This document shows, one piece after another, positions 24,713-36,068 of a DNA stretch of 64,000 nt; positions within the stretch are counted from its first letter, which is position 1; every line of letters starts with the position of its first letter. The notes beneath the pieces were generated by a model. That model saw only the letters and a program-made list of their open reading frames with translations, ran no database searches and was not told the DNA's origin. The stretch is from Haliotis rufescens. Lineage: Eukaryota. The stretch spans positions 23,746,001 to 23,810,000 of the forward strand of contig NW_025963890.1 of assembly GCF_023055435.1 (NCBI RefSeq), written 5' to 3'. A program made the position numbers and the translations under genes.

Positions 24713-25789
24713 AAGTAAGAATTTAGCACTTTTGTTAGTGACTATACTCCAGCCTAACCTGTATACCTTCAGAGTCATGAAAATGTATATTTTGAACTGA
24801 CAACTTAAACATTTCAGGTATGAAACAGAAACATTTCAACAAAAGAACATACAGGCGAAAGCGTTCACTGTCTCGTGGCTTATGAAATGTATTGGTTGTG
24901 TGAAGATTGTCTCAACATGTCAAAATATTTATCTGAATATATCCCGTTCATTTCAGTTGTTTTTTCATATATACTATTGTACTATTCTTTATGGATTGGC
25001 TGTGTATTTCTTTCGGTCCGGAGAAGTCGGATGTTTCAAAATGACATGGTCAGTTACCGCCAGATGCAAACATTTGTTCCCTGAGAACGTGAGAATGGGA
25101 AGAAACAGTTGAAAAAATGCGGGTTAGAAATGAAACCCGTAGACATGAAATCTGTGAAACCCAGGCAAGCGGGGGAAAATATATATACTTGAAAGGAGCA
25201 AAGTAAATTAATATTACATCTAACTGTTTCGCGATCGTTTGTTGACAAACCTGAGAGAATATTATTTTCTTCCAGCCCTTTTTATCCGGATCCTGTAGTT
25301 AAAATAAAGAATGGAAATAAAAACTCATAATTGTGTAAATCAAACATTTTATTCCAAATATATAAAAACACATTTCTTCAAAGTATGGTCACCCATTGTC
25401 AAATATGTACAGTTGAACATATAAGGCACTTTAAATGTAACTGGAAACATGAGAATGAAAATTTACAAAATTTTGACCCAAGGCTATTAAAACGTTGGTG
25501 AATATATCAAAGGCAATGTTTACAGATAAAACCATTGAAATCAATGTTGATTTACATTTGATAAAAGCATCCTCGGCTATAAAAGATTATTGTGCATTTT
25601 GTTACTAACGTTTGTAAATATTCAAGGCAACTAGTCATGTATCAATACATGTCATATATTTACGTAATATTTCATTCAGTGTTGGTCACAACGATATTGA
25701 TGTGGGTGGCTTTGGAAAGTATTTTAATATAAACAAAAAGTGATAGAGAATAATATATGTGTTGTAGCTGGTAGATATTGGGAGGAGAG

Positions 25790-26000
25790 CTAGATTTTGG
25801 CGAACAGAGCCAGCCCTGAGACAAGCAGAACACTGCAAGATACAGAGGCCCCCGATGCCGTGACGTGTGTTAACATCATGTTCAGCTTGGTCCTTCCCTC
25901 GCAACGGGCATGGGTAATGCGGACTCCCAGAGACATGTCGTGAACAACTTCACTCTGTACGTTGGACCAGAACGTATGCTTGTGGTTGACAAACGTCGCC
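25790..26000 (-). CDS. Reeler gene C last coding exon (ATFVNHKHTFWSNVQS...SVLLVSGLALFAKI*)
   Basis: ttcaag acceptor, phase 2; TAG at 25790-25792. Confidence 0.88.
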
Positions 26001-26224
26001 CTTGAACAGATAAGTCGCATCAATTATAGCTGATAGATTAATAAGGACATACATCGTATGATATGAATCTGGAGCCTCAGAGTGAGGCTGTACAACTGGC
26101 GTTAATAATCAATGTCTTGAGTCAGTGGTTAAAACCTGTAGTGATTGTCCCTATCATGTGAAGCAGGTACAATACTGACGTTTGACGTTTGACGTTTGGT
26201 GACTTGGGTAAATTAGGCTTTCTG

Positions 26225-26926
26225 TTACTTTTTAATCCAGCTATATGACGGCGGTCTGCAAATAATTTAGTCTGGAGCAGACAATCCAGTGATTGATATA
26301 ATGAGCATCGATCTACGGAAACGATGACATGCATCACCCCAATCTCATTAAAATCAGATCTTAGTTCTCGCTACCGCTAAACAAAGATCTGAGGACATCC
26401 CATTACGGGTCACGTCAGAACGAACTTGCGCGAACTTTGACCGACCAATGAAATGACCAATCAGAAGGCAGCTTTCTCGTGCTTTACGGCACTAATTTCA
26501 AATTGGCGACTACGCTTCGAAACATATTTTGACAAATTCTCGATTACAAATTTGAAACCTGAACAAAAGAACATTCTGGAATGGCTAATAGATGGTCTAG
26601 ATTGTATAGATTCAGTCGTTAAACCCGTAACTATCGTTCGGAATACCCTGTGTTAAAGTTTTCGAGGTTGGATGATTAGAAATCACCATCCGACTGTCAC
26701 CTTCATAAACTGGTAAGCGACGCTCTGATTGGTCGGATGAAAGGTCGTTCTGACGTGACCCCTAATGGGATGTCCTCAGATCTTTGTTTAGCGGTAGCGA
26801 GAACTGAGGTCTGATTTTAATGAGATTGTGCATCACCAAAGAGAGCCAGCCTGACCACCCGATCTGTTAGTCGCCTCTTACGGCAAGCATGGGTTGATGA
26901 AGACCAATTCTAATCGGGATCTTCAA
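26225..26926 (-). mobile_element. SINE-like family C copy split by an AcademH-like insertion
   Basis: Halves 26225-26339 and 26829-26926 are collinear with other copies. Confidence 0.75.
26340..26828. mobile_element. Non-autonomous AcademH-like element
   Basis: ~80-bp TIRs; TSD tgcatcacc(c/a); internal peptide FSITNLKPEQKNILEWLIDGLDC (RecQ motif-0 like). Confidence 0.85.
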
Positions 26927-27210
26927 CCAGGTAGTACATTAGGTGAGTGTGGATCATAGTTTTATATGGGCAATGTTTACATGTTTCTCTCGATGTTGAG
27001 TGCCCTGTAAATGAATAGAAAAACCTATTGGCGATTAACGAAAAATGTGGTCAATACAGATAAATGTTTCATTGCAAAACTTTTCACAGATTAACCCATT
27101 CTGTCAGACACACTATTGAAACTACACAACTTATCCCGCAGTTTACATATCCTAAATACGGTCCTCCAATACAATAAAAGCATGTGGGTATGTACACGTG
27201 CAGTGCTTAC

Positions 27211-27296
27211 TGGAAAAACACGTCCTGACCCTCAGAGTTGTTCCATATGAAAGTCTTGGATGTCTTGTGGGCGGAGGTAGTGTGACTCACGGCGTC
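27211..27296 (-). CDS. Reeler gene C exon (DAVSHTTSAHKTSKTFIWNNSEGQDVFFQ)
   Basis: 86 nt; ttttcag acceptor, gtaagc donor. Confidence 0.88.
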
Positions 27297-27497
27297 CTGA
27301 AAAACACACGTTGATGTATGCTGAATCAGACGGCCGACAGATGGCATGGAGCTGGTAATGTTCACCCTCTACTTTGCCTTCTGTGCTAAATGGAATTTGT
27401 TTCGGCAGAAAATCGAGACTGGTTATTCTCTGGCGTTGACGTTTTATACTCTTTTGGAACCAATGTCCACCATGAACGAACCAGAAAAAACAATATA

Positions 27498-28882
27498 CAC
27501 TCTTCAAAAAAAGAAACGCACATGTAGTATGTAGTTTATTGAACCTGACTTCAAAAAAAATCCGGTATATAAATTGGATATATGTTATTGGAAAATGTTG
27601 TGGCCTGATATTCGACAAACGGTGCGTCAAAATGCAGTCATTGTCGATTTGCAATGTCTTAAACGGCATTGTTTTCACACTTGTGCAAGTTATGGCATTC
27701 GTAACTCGTGGTAGTGGCTGTAAAAAGGCAAGCTTAGGCCAATAATTTGTCATTCATTTTTCGAAGTTCGAAAATGCCTAGACTCAGCGCCGCCGATCGG
27801 AACATAGCCATAGGACATATCCAAAGAGCGAAATCGCAGTCTTCTGTTGCACGCCACTTCAACGTCCACCACAGCACCATTTGCCGCCTTTGTGACCGAT
27901 ACACACAGTTCAAGACCAAGAGTTACCACCCCTGAACAGGATCGCTACATACGACTGTTCTACCTACGCCAATGCCATGGCTACGGAGACTGCAGGACGC
28001 ATCCCTGGTTTGAGGAGATTATCGGACCAGATTGTCAGGAACCATCTTCGCGAGGCTGGAATCCGACCCAGAAGGCCAGTTATCATCCCTGTTTTTGCAA
28101 CAGATCCATCGACAGCGATGTTGGTGCTATACCTTACAACCTTGGAATTTGAGAAACTGGAGACGAGTGTGGTTTAGCGATGAAACACGATTTCTTCTTC
28201 ACCGGCGAGAAATGAGCCTTTTGCCCCACATTGTGTACGTGAATTCGACAAATTCGGTGGCAGTACTGTCATGGTGTGGGGGGCCATATCCTACAAAACG
28301 AGAACTGACTTGGTTGTGGCTCAGGGACATTTGGCTGCAAATCGCTACATGAATCAAATTTTCAACCTCACCTTCTTCCAACCATTGACCGCCAGAGGGA
28401 GCTGTTTCAACAGGATAACGTTCCACCGCAGACAGCTCATGTCACGGTAGAATACCTACATAATGCCAACATCAATATTTTGCCCTGGCCGTCGAGATCT
28501 CCAGATCTCAACCAAATCGAACACCTCTTGGATGAACGTCAGAACATGCCGCAGACACTCCCTGACACTGGCAAACGCGTCATACGCAGAATGACGCAGA
28601 ATGACGCAGGACAGAATTCGTACACTTATCCCGTCAGTGCCGAGGAGATGCAGAGCCATGATTGCTGCCCGGGGCGGTCACACGAGATACTGAGTTCAGC
28701 GCAACCTTGTGGCCTTATGTGACATGACAATGAACAGTTTTCAATTCCTTTGTACAACGATAACACGTGACTATCGAGCTCAAAAATTTCATATTTGTAT
28801 CTATGATATTAAATATATCGACTTTATTAGGTATAATAAATTTACTAAAAATCTACCTGTGCGTTTCTTTCTTTGAAGAGTG
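27498..28882 (+). mobile_element. Tc1-like transposon, degenerate, in gene C intron
   Basis: TIRs cactcttcaaaaaaagaaacgcaca / tgtgcgtttctttctttgaagagtg with TA TSD. Frameshifted transposase MPRLSAADRNIAIG...VWFSDETRF...QQDN...PWPSRSPDLNQIEH. Confidence 0.92.
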
Positions 28883-29095
28883 TAGGTAGGTTTTGAAGAA
28901 CTCTCATAGAAATACGAATAATGCATTCCTCATATAGAACGAATGTGTATGCAATCAAATGTATATTGAAAGATACAGAATAATCATAAGACTCCGAAAG
29001 TTAAATAGTTCCCAGCAAGATTATTATATTACGGTAATGTTGTGTGTTATCAGTGCTCGACGTGTTCCTATAACTGTTTACGAAGCAGTATTTAC

Positions 29096-29256
29096 GTTTG
29101 ACGCTTGACAGGTCTTCAGCGCCACTTCACTGTCGTTGGAATTGGTAAGTTTGAAGGTGCCGACTGCCTGGCCGAACATTTGGCAATCTGCTCGCCGAGC
29201 CTGGAGGAAAAAACCCTCGAAGAAGAACTCAGTCGGCGAGTTGGCGGTGAGTGTGA
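29096..29256 (-). CDS. Reeler gene C exon (VTLTANSPTEFFFEGFFLQARRADC...KTCQASN)
   Basis: 161 nt; ctttcag acceptor, gtaaat donor. Confidence 0.9.
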
Positions 29257-29597
29257 CTGAAAGATAACATAAAGATAAGATAAGATAAGATAAAATGCAC
29301 GTTGCATTAATGCCCACTAATATATTGGATGTAGGTCTTGGTATGTCTCTTGCAACGCTATAGGATTGGTTTGTGCATTATACAGGTTTGAGTGATTAAG
29401 TTACATTGCAGCTTCATCACGGCGTCCTGTAAATGGACGTGTGTGGGCATGGTGCATGAGTAGTAAAGGCGATGTTTAAAACAATATCACCTGCCCCAGA
29501 ATCAAAACATGGTTCCAGAACAAATTCTAAAACAGCAATTCTTAGATTGCTAGGTATTGGTGTCTGAATAAACAACCCAGAAATGGCGTGTACATAC

Positions 29598-29781
29598 CCC
29601 TGACATCTTGTCCCCTGTGGTAATTCATTGTATCGACAGTTATGGTGTATGGCGCCGGTGTAGTCTGGGAGTCATGGCCATGATGAGGAAACATGTCGCC
29701 ACACACCTGTGCTGGGGCACCGGCCGCGTAGCCATGACACAGGGGCAGACAACTCATTAGAGCACACACGAAAAGTAGGAT
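29598..29781 (-). CDS. Reeler gene C exon (ILLFVCALMSCLPLCHGYAAGAPAQVCGDMFPHHG...)
   Basis: 184 nt; tttttctag acceptor, G|gtatgt donor. Confidence 0.9.
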
Positions 29782-30435
29782 CTAGAAAAATAGGATAATA
29801 AGCAAGCATTATTAGAGGGGAACCAGTACGATCCCAAAACATATTTCTCGTCTATACGATGAAGTCACTCGGTCGATAACCGTCAGTGCTTTGAAACAAT
29901 TGTCAATCCCACTCACCTATAATTAAACAGTAAAGGAGAAAAATGGACGAACAACGCAAAAGACGCCGCAATTCGCTGTGAAGAGTTGCGTCCCTTAGAC
30001 ACACCATAAAGCTATGATTGTGGGCTCAAATCCCTGTTATGTTTCAAGGTTTGTCAGCACCATACTCATGCTTGTGGGTTTCACGAACTTGGAAACGTCC
30101 GAAAAGCTCGCATACTTGAATACGGTTCAAAGTGGGAAGAAACTGGATGTGTGAAAAGAAAGTAACCTGGCATTTAGGAGGGGGAAAGTTAGGGCACCAC
30201 CCCATGTTCCTCTCGCCTTGATGAATAGTGCCATTGTCGATTCGGGACAACCTTTGTCTGAAAGAACATTACATTCCAAAGGCTAATTACCCTATGACCA
30301 TGACATGTATATGTCTAGAATCACTTAATTGCTATTACTTATAAGATGCTGATCCCAATTGTTAATCCCCATTGTATTGTACATGACTGTCAGCCATCCT
30401 GAACGAAGTGTGCAACTACACGTATGTAACTACAC

Positions 30436-30576
30436 GTTAAAGCGTTCGCTCGTCACGCAGAAGACCCGGGTTCGATTCCCAACATGGGTACAATGTGTGA
30501 CGCCCATTTCTGGTGTACCCCGCCATGATATTGTTGGAATATTGCATAAAGCGGAGTAAAACCTTATTCACTCACT
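30436..30576 (+). mobile_element. SINE family A, 5'-truncated
   Basis: B-box ggttcgattccc; body and tail match 652-832. Confidence 0.8.
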
Positions 30577-31251
30577 GTTATTACCAGAGACAGGGTCCAG
30601 AGACGAGCAATAAGGTCTTACCCTTAGCCCAGCTAGGGTTAGTCTATGTGATCCGGGTCACCATCACAACAACCACTACCACCATGTGCCGACCTTGTGT
30701 GTATATATATCTACCTGTATAAAGCAAATCTGTATATACCACACGACTCCATGTTGTCACTTCCTACCCAGAACCGTACATCGATCCCTTGCAAACTGGA
30801 GTGTATTCAAGTAATCACGACTAATGTAAAAAGTGTCAGTAAAGCATGCAGCGCGTTGTTACCGAGACACACATGTATAATTCGGTTCATTGTGTATATA
30901 CAATATCTAAGATATTCTACGCTCAGAAACAGAAATTCGCTTGCAACTTCGCTGGTCGAACGTTGCTATGCGCGTACAACGGGTGAATGGACTGACTACA
31001 AAACCGCTGTCGATGTCGCCTCTCTTGGTTTGCGCAATCTATGTTCTTTCTTATAAACAGCCAGAACTTGGTCTCGCTCTACTGAACTTGTATGGCCAAA
31101 CAAACAGGACATACAATTTTGTACGGATGTGGGTTTTGAAACATGGTAATTATGTATATACGTTAATATTGATTCTAAATTAGGTTTCGCGGTAAATAAT
31201 CCGTATATATGTGTATGTTGGCCAAAGGGTAGTGGAATGGAGCACTGTACA

Positions 31252-31393
31252 TGTGTGGATATGATTCGGAGGGGAAACTGTGTGGATATGATTCGGAGGG
31301 GAAACTGTGTGGATATGATTCGGAGGGGAAACTGTGTGGATATGATTCGGAGGGGAAACTGTGTGGATATGATTCGGAGGGGAAACTGTGTGG
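31252..31393. repeat. 27-bp minisatellite (5+ perfect copies)
   Basis: Unit tgtgtggatatgattcggaggggaaac. Confidence 0.92.
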
Positions 31394-32579
31394 GTTCAGT
31401 GCAGTCATGTTCAGTTCCGCCACTACTCAGCCATGTGTGTTCACAACGTAATGACATTTGGTTGGAGTTTCGTTTTTCCCAATATGTTACAGTTTCACCT
31501 TGATTTGATGTATGCGTTTAACCGTGCTCTTAAATACCGAGTATACACCACCTCGTCCTGAACTGACGGACTGAGAAAGCTGAAGTGTGGCAGGTTTGTT
31601 TCTCCTTATGATCATATTTTTTTAAATCATAAGAATTGTATTGCTGGTTTGTCTCTAAAATATTTTTAAAATTAAATTTCACAAAACGTTCAAAGATTTA
31701 ATTCTCAAGGACCCACGTCTTAGAAAGGTGAACCTTTACATACAGGATGATGCCTATAAGAAGATTTAAGGCATCATTAAAAGCATTTAGCCAAGATTTT
31801 TTAGAATCTGTTTAACCACATCTACTGACACTCAACATGAATGTGTGTTTCCATTATAAGGTTTAAGTGTTACAAAGTCACAAATTATTTAAGTTACTAT
31901 CAAAAAAGAATTGAGAAAAGATTTTTTGTTTGTTGCAAATTAAGAAGGAATGATGACGTAGACTTATCGTTTCATATAAACCAACAAGTTGTCATAGGTC
32001 AAGCAGAAAATCATTGGATATGAAAGGGTCCCCTTTTTGAAAACCCAATGATGTATGTTGTAGGCAGTAAAACTATCTAGAGAGATGAATTTCGATATTT
32101 TGGACCCCTCCCTTCTAAAGATGCTGGTTCCGCCCTTGACGCAGCCAAGAGAAGACAACCCAGTGGTTGAAAACATGAGTTGATACTGTGAGACGCCATC
32201 AGCCAAGTCACACATTGTAACCACCCCATCATTCCAATCGATAGTTACACAAATCGTGTTTTAAATCATTAGTGATGCCGTTTCACATCTAGATTGATAA
32301 AGCAGTTTACAGTGTATAAGGTTAGAATTCCCATCAACAAATATTAACGTCTAATTTCTTATCTTGCCTTTCATATTCATAACAAACCTATCCCGACTCT
32401 GACTATAGAACATGTCAGATATGATACCGAATCACCGTCTCTTCTAACACGGAAACAAGTGTTTCAGACAGCCAGTGATCATATCTTGTGTCTCATTGTA
32501 TGAATAATGTCACATATCGTGAATTGTCAAAGACATTGGTATAGAAGTGATAACTTGGTTTCAACCAAGGGTAACTTAC

Positions 32580-32615
32580 CAGGTTAATATTACTTATAGG
32601 CAGGATTTTAGACAT
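32580..32615 (-). CDS. Reeler gene C putative first coding exon (MSKILPISNINL)
   Basis: ATG plus 11 codons, then consensus CTG|gtaagt donor; phase 0 matches tttctag|ATC at 29781. Confidence 0.45.
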
Positions 32616-33147
32616 AAAAGATCAATTCAGAATCAAAATACAAGTGTGACATTCATAGATAGAATAGGATTATAATGTTGTATAATGCGTCAGTCACTTC
32701 CACCAACCTGATTCATCTTGAGTACAGCTAGTAGACGTTCACGTCAAACGTCAAAAGTGAGACTGAACTTGTCAAGTAGCCTACTTTGGGTATACGCTTA
32801 GGGGCGTGGCTTCAGTTCCCATGGGCTTACTTGCGCATGGCATAGTGGTCATGTGGTTGTTCAGGGGAAGCTACTGTACAATGCAATGAATGAGTAAGAA
32901 TAGTCACGAGAGTTTGGTACATACAATCATAGTGGGTCATTCGGGTAGGGATTGCTATAGACCACTGTCGGCAAACAGGCTTATAATACGTCACACATCT
33001 ACAAGAAATGTCATTGTCGTGCATTTATATGGCAAATTAGCGGAAAAATTGATTTCATAACAAAAGGGTCATCAGCCAGCTAGAGTGGTCATCAGCCAGC
33101 TAGAGTGGTCATAGGGTCCGAAAACACCTGTTTTGGAACGTATTTAC

Positions 33148-33156
33148 AGAGTGAGT

Positions 33157-33222
<66 letters not shown>
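33148..33222. repeat. (GA)n microsatellite
   Basis: Directly visible. Confidence 0.95.
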
Positions 33223-33225
<3 letters not shown>

Positions 33226-33282
33226 TAATGTATAAAATGTAATGATTTCATATGACAGCGTCTACGAACACGGATCATCATG

Positions 33283-33573
33283 AACCGTTGCCAGGGGTTT
33301 CTTTGTTGGCCCTTTGGACTCCAACACCCAGAGCATGACATGCAGCGGACCGCTCTCTAATGTACGTATTGCAAATCAACGAATGACTCGGGGAAGCAAT
33401 GTAGATGCTTATGTTATTTCAAGGCGTAAGAACGTGTACATGATTGTTATTGTGGAATAAAGATACAGATGAAACCTGAAGCATGTCTGAATCCTCAGTG
33501 TTTTTCTCCTTTACATTAATCTACATTTAAACTGGATTTTCTGCAATAACCTGTAAAGATAAGACACAACCTG
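33283..33573 (+). pseudogene. Inverted, near-identical duplicate of gene B exon 3' half plus downstream intron (19057-19347)
   Basis: Reverse complement of 19057-19347 with about two visible differences. Confidence 0.92.
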
Positions 33574-34599
33574 GGTACATGACCAGGTTACCCCACGGAA
33601 CCCAAAAGCTTTACAATCTGGTGACAAAACATCTACTAATTATCCCAAGGGGGAAACTAAAATCTTTTGGCCAGGGTTCTTACAGCTTTGGCAGAGCACT
33701 TTGAACTTCGAACTGGCACCAACCTTGGACTCTTTGAAGAGACAGATTAAAACACAAAAGTATACTGTTGAAAAATATAGGGAAATAAACTTTACTGTCA
33801 GCATATTTGAAATAGCATGCATGCAATGTTGAAATGTGTTTGTGTGCATTGTTTCGAACATGTGTTTGGTGGACAAGCCTGGGAACATCATGTTACTAAG
33901 TGTTCCCTTATTTATTTCCATCAGTATACTATGACGTTTCCAGCCAGTGCATTCTTCCTGTGATTGCTGCTTCTACTATAATATATAGTATTGCCCCTCA
34001 CAATATTCTCCATGCGGAAAAGGTTGTTTACAATCTTGTATAAAGTAATTTCCTATCTTTTGTATATATAGTGTGCATACTGTTATATGGAGTGTAATGT
34101 ATTGTTAAACAACATTGTAACTGTATTATATTGTTTCTGTAAGGATTCATAATGCGCCCAAATGACAACTGATACTACTACATCAATTACAACCTACTAC
34201 TACAGCGACTACACCGACAACATCTACCACACAACAACCTAAGAATCAACAACCATGACAACCATGACAACCATAACAACAACTACTACTGCCAGTACTA
34301 CAAATTGCAACTAGTTAATGTCAAGAAGACCGCAATCGTAGTCTAGTGGTAGTGCTGGTCTAAGGGACTAAAACAAGGACTGGGCCACTCGGAGTCAGTA
34401 TGCTGTGTCTGTGTCTACGACAACTACTGCTACAACTTCAACTTGTCACGACAGTATGGTTTTTACGTAGTTCACACATTCAAATATAACCCTATAATAT
34501 CCTACTAAAGGAAAGAACATGCCACAATTCAAGTCAAGATTTCACGTTTAATCCATCATATAATGATTCTTGAATGTTAGTATCGTTTGTAAAGCTGTA

Positions 34600-34965
34600 C
34601 ACATGCTGCATGACAAAGAGGGGACATTTAAAGAGTGAAAGTACTTCGACATGTAGACACAGATAATACTGGTATCATCGCCGGGCGTGGGACACAAATT
34701 GACTGTAAAACAAATTTCCTCGGAATACCTTCTGTACTGCAACGGCCCTTCAGTTTTATTGTATGCCTAAAAGTCTCTCCGCAAGAGTAAATAACAAGAG
34801 GGGTGACGTCAACTTTCCAATAGTCAACCTTCCCTTTATGTCGAGCAACGTTTGAGGCACCATTGCGCATGCTCGTACTACGAAGATTTCAACGAGCGCC
34901 ATACGACTAATGCTGAAAGAGTTGTTGATCAAGGTTACAACTTTCAAAGTAAGTACATACACCTT
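34600..34965 (+). mobile_element. Penelope-like element RT C-terminal remnant
   Basis: RVNNKRGDVNFPIVNLPFMSSNV and ACSYYEDFNERH...VVDQGY match the PLE pattern YDKRDDFNFPIVNFP.L.SN / RACS.Y.DF..R...L..QGY. Boundaries approximate. Confidence 0.65.
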
Positions 34966-35159
34966 GCCAGTTTGGATATTGGGATAAAGAGTCATGAAAG
35001 GGAACCGGGATCAGTGGCTAAACTCATGTATATCTTTTATAACACACACAAATAGTCTAATACACCTACAAAAGAAGAGCTAAATTATGTGTACGCTCAT
35101 GTAGGCTATATGACAACACATATTTGGGGTGAACCCTGAATGATTTACACTTTGCTTTG

Positions 35160-35315
35160 GGGGGTAGCCTAGTGGTTAAAGCGTTCGCTCGTCACGCCGA
35201 AGAGCCGGGTTCGATTCCCGACATGGGTACAATGTGTGTAGCCCATTTCTGGTGTCCCCCGCCCTGATATTGCTGGAATATTGCTAAAAGCGGCGTAAAA
35301 CCATACTCACTCACT
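35160..35315 (+). mobile_element. SINE family A, full copy
   Basis: A box TAGCCTAGTGG, B box GGTTCGATTCC; 10-bp TSD ctttgctttg (35150-35159 / 35316-35325). Confidence 0.9.
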
Positions 35316-35864
35316 CTTTGCTTTGAGACGATGGGTGGAACTGATACATACGTACGTAAAGAATGCGCTTAGTCTGTGGGTTAAAGGGCCATCTGTTATC
35401 TAAAGTTTGACATATGACGTAAATAGACTTTGCAAAACCATAAGCTAAAATATGTTCTTAATTTTTAACGCTTCTCCCACCGTCGTTTCGTCGAAAGGGA
35501 TATCATGAGTAAGTATTGCTGAACGTAGCTTTGAACAGTATTTGGGTGATATCAGGCGTGTCACCTGCATGTGGGAGGAACGCTGGACGTCTTACATTAA
35601 GTCAGAGAAATAAAGTTATCTTATTTAGAAAAATATATCTACAAAATAAAAGTAATAAAATCCAAATGGATCCCAGAACAATCCTTAATTTCAGAGCTGA
35701 GGCAATCTAGACTTGCCAAATCATTCTAGACATGAGTTGGACCTTTTTTCAAAAAGAAATTCTCTAGGGTCTGGGAGACAGACTACTGAAAGTGATGCAT
35801 GCCTTAGCACTTTTGTGAAACCCAGAAGAGTTGGGTGCACGCTTCTGCACAGCGAATTCATCAA

Positions 35865-36068
35865 TTTGAGCGAGTTTGGTTTAACGTCGCTTTGAACTAT
35901 ATTTCAGTTATTCCATGGCCTCTAAGCTTGATGTTGGAAGAAATCCCGAAGAGATGCAAGTATATGGCGCTGGGATACGAATCTATTATCACATTTTTCT
36001 GGCACGCCTGGGGAACGGAACTCTGCACAGCGGATTGCCGCCTGGGACGTTTGGATCAACCGTGCCCT
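35865..36068 (-). mobile_element. Degenerate SINE family B copy
   Basis: ctggcacgcctggggaacggaactctgcacagcgga..gccgcct...ccgtgccc resembles 15901-15972; degenerate tail at 35865. Confidence 0.55.

Larger units (their letters stand above)
25790..32615 (-). other. Reeler-domain gene C (~225 aa); CDS join complement(32580-32615?,29598-29781,29096-29256,27211-27296,25790-26000)
   Basis: Internal exon sizes 184/161/86 are identical to gene B. Motifs GYAAGAP.qVCGDMFPHHG, APY.I, FEGFFLQAR, GTF, DAVSH..K, ATFV...FW; hydrophobic tail. The first exon is tentative. Confidence 0.88.

Noticed and set aside
32827-32850. Alternative first exon for gene C (ATGCGCAA|gtaagc)
   Set aside because: Phase is incompatible with the phase-0 acceptor at 29781; it could only be a UTR exon.
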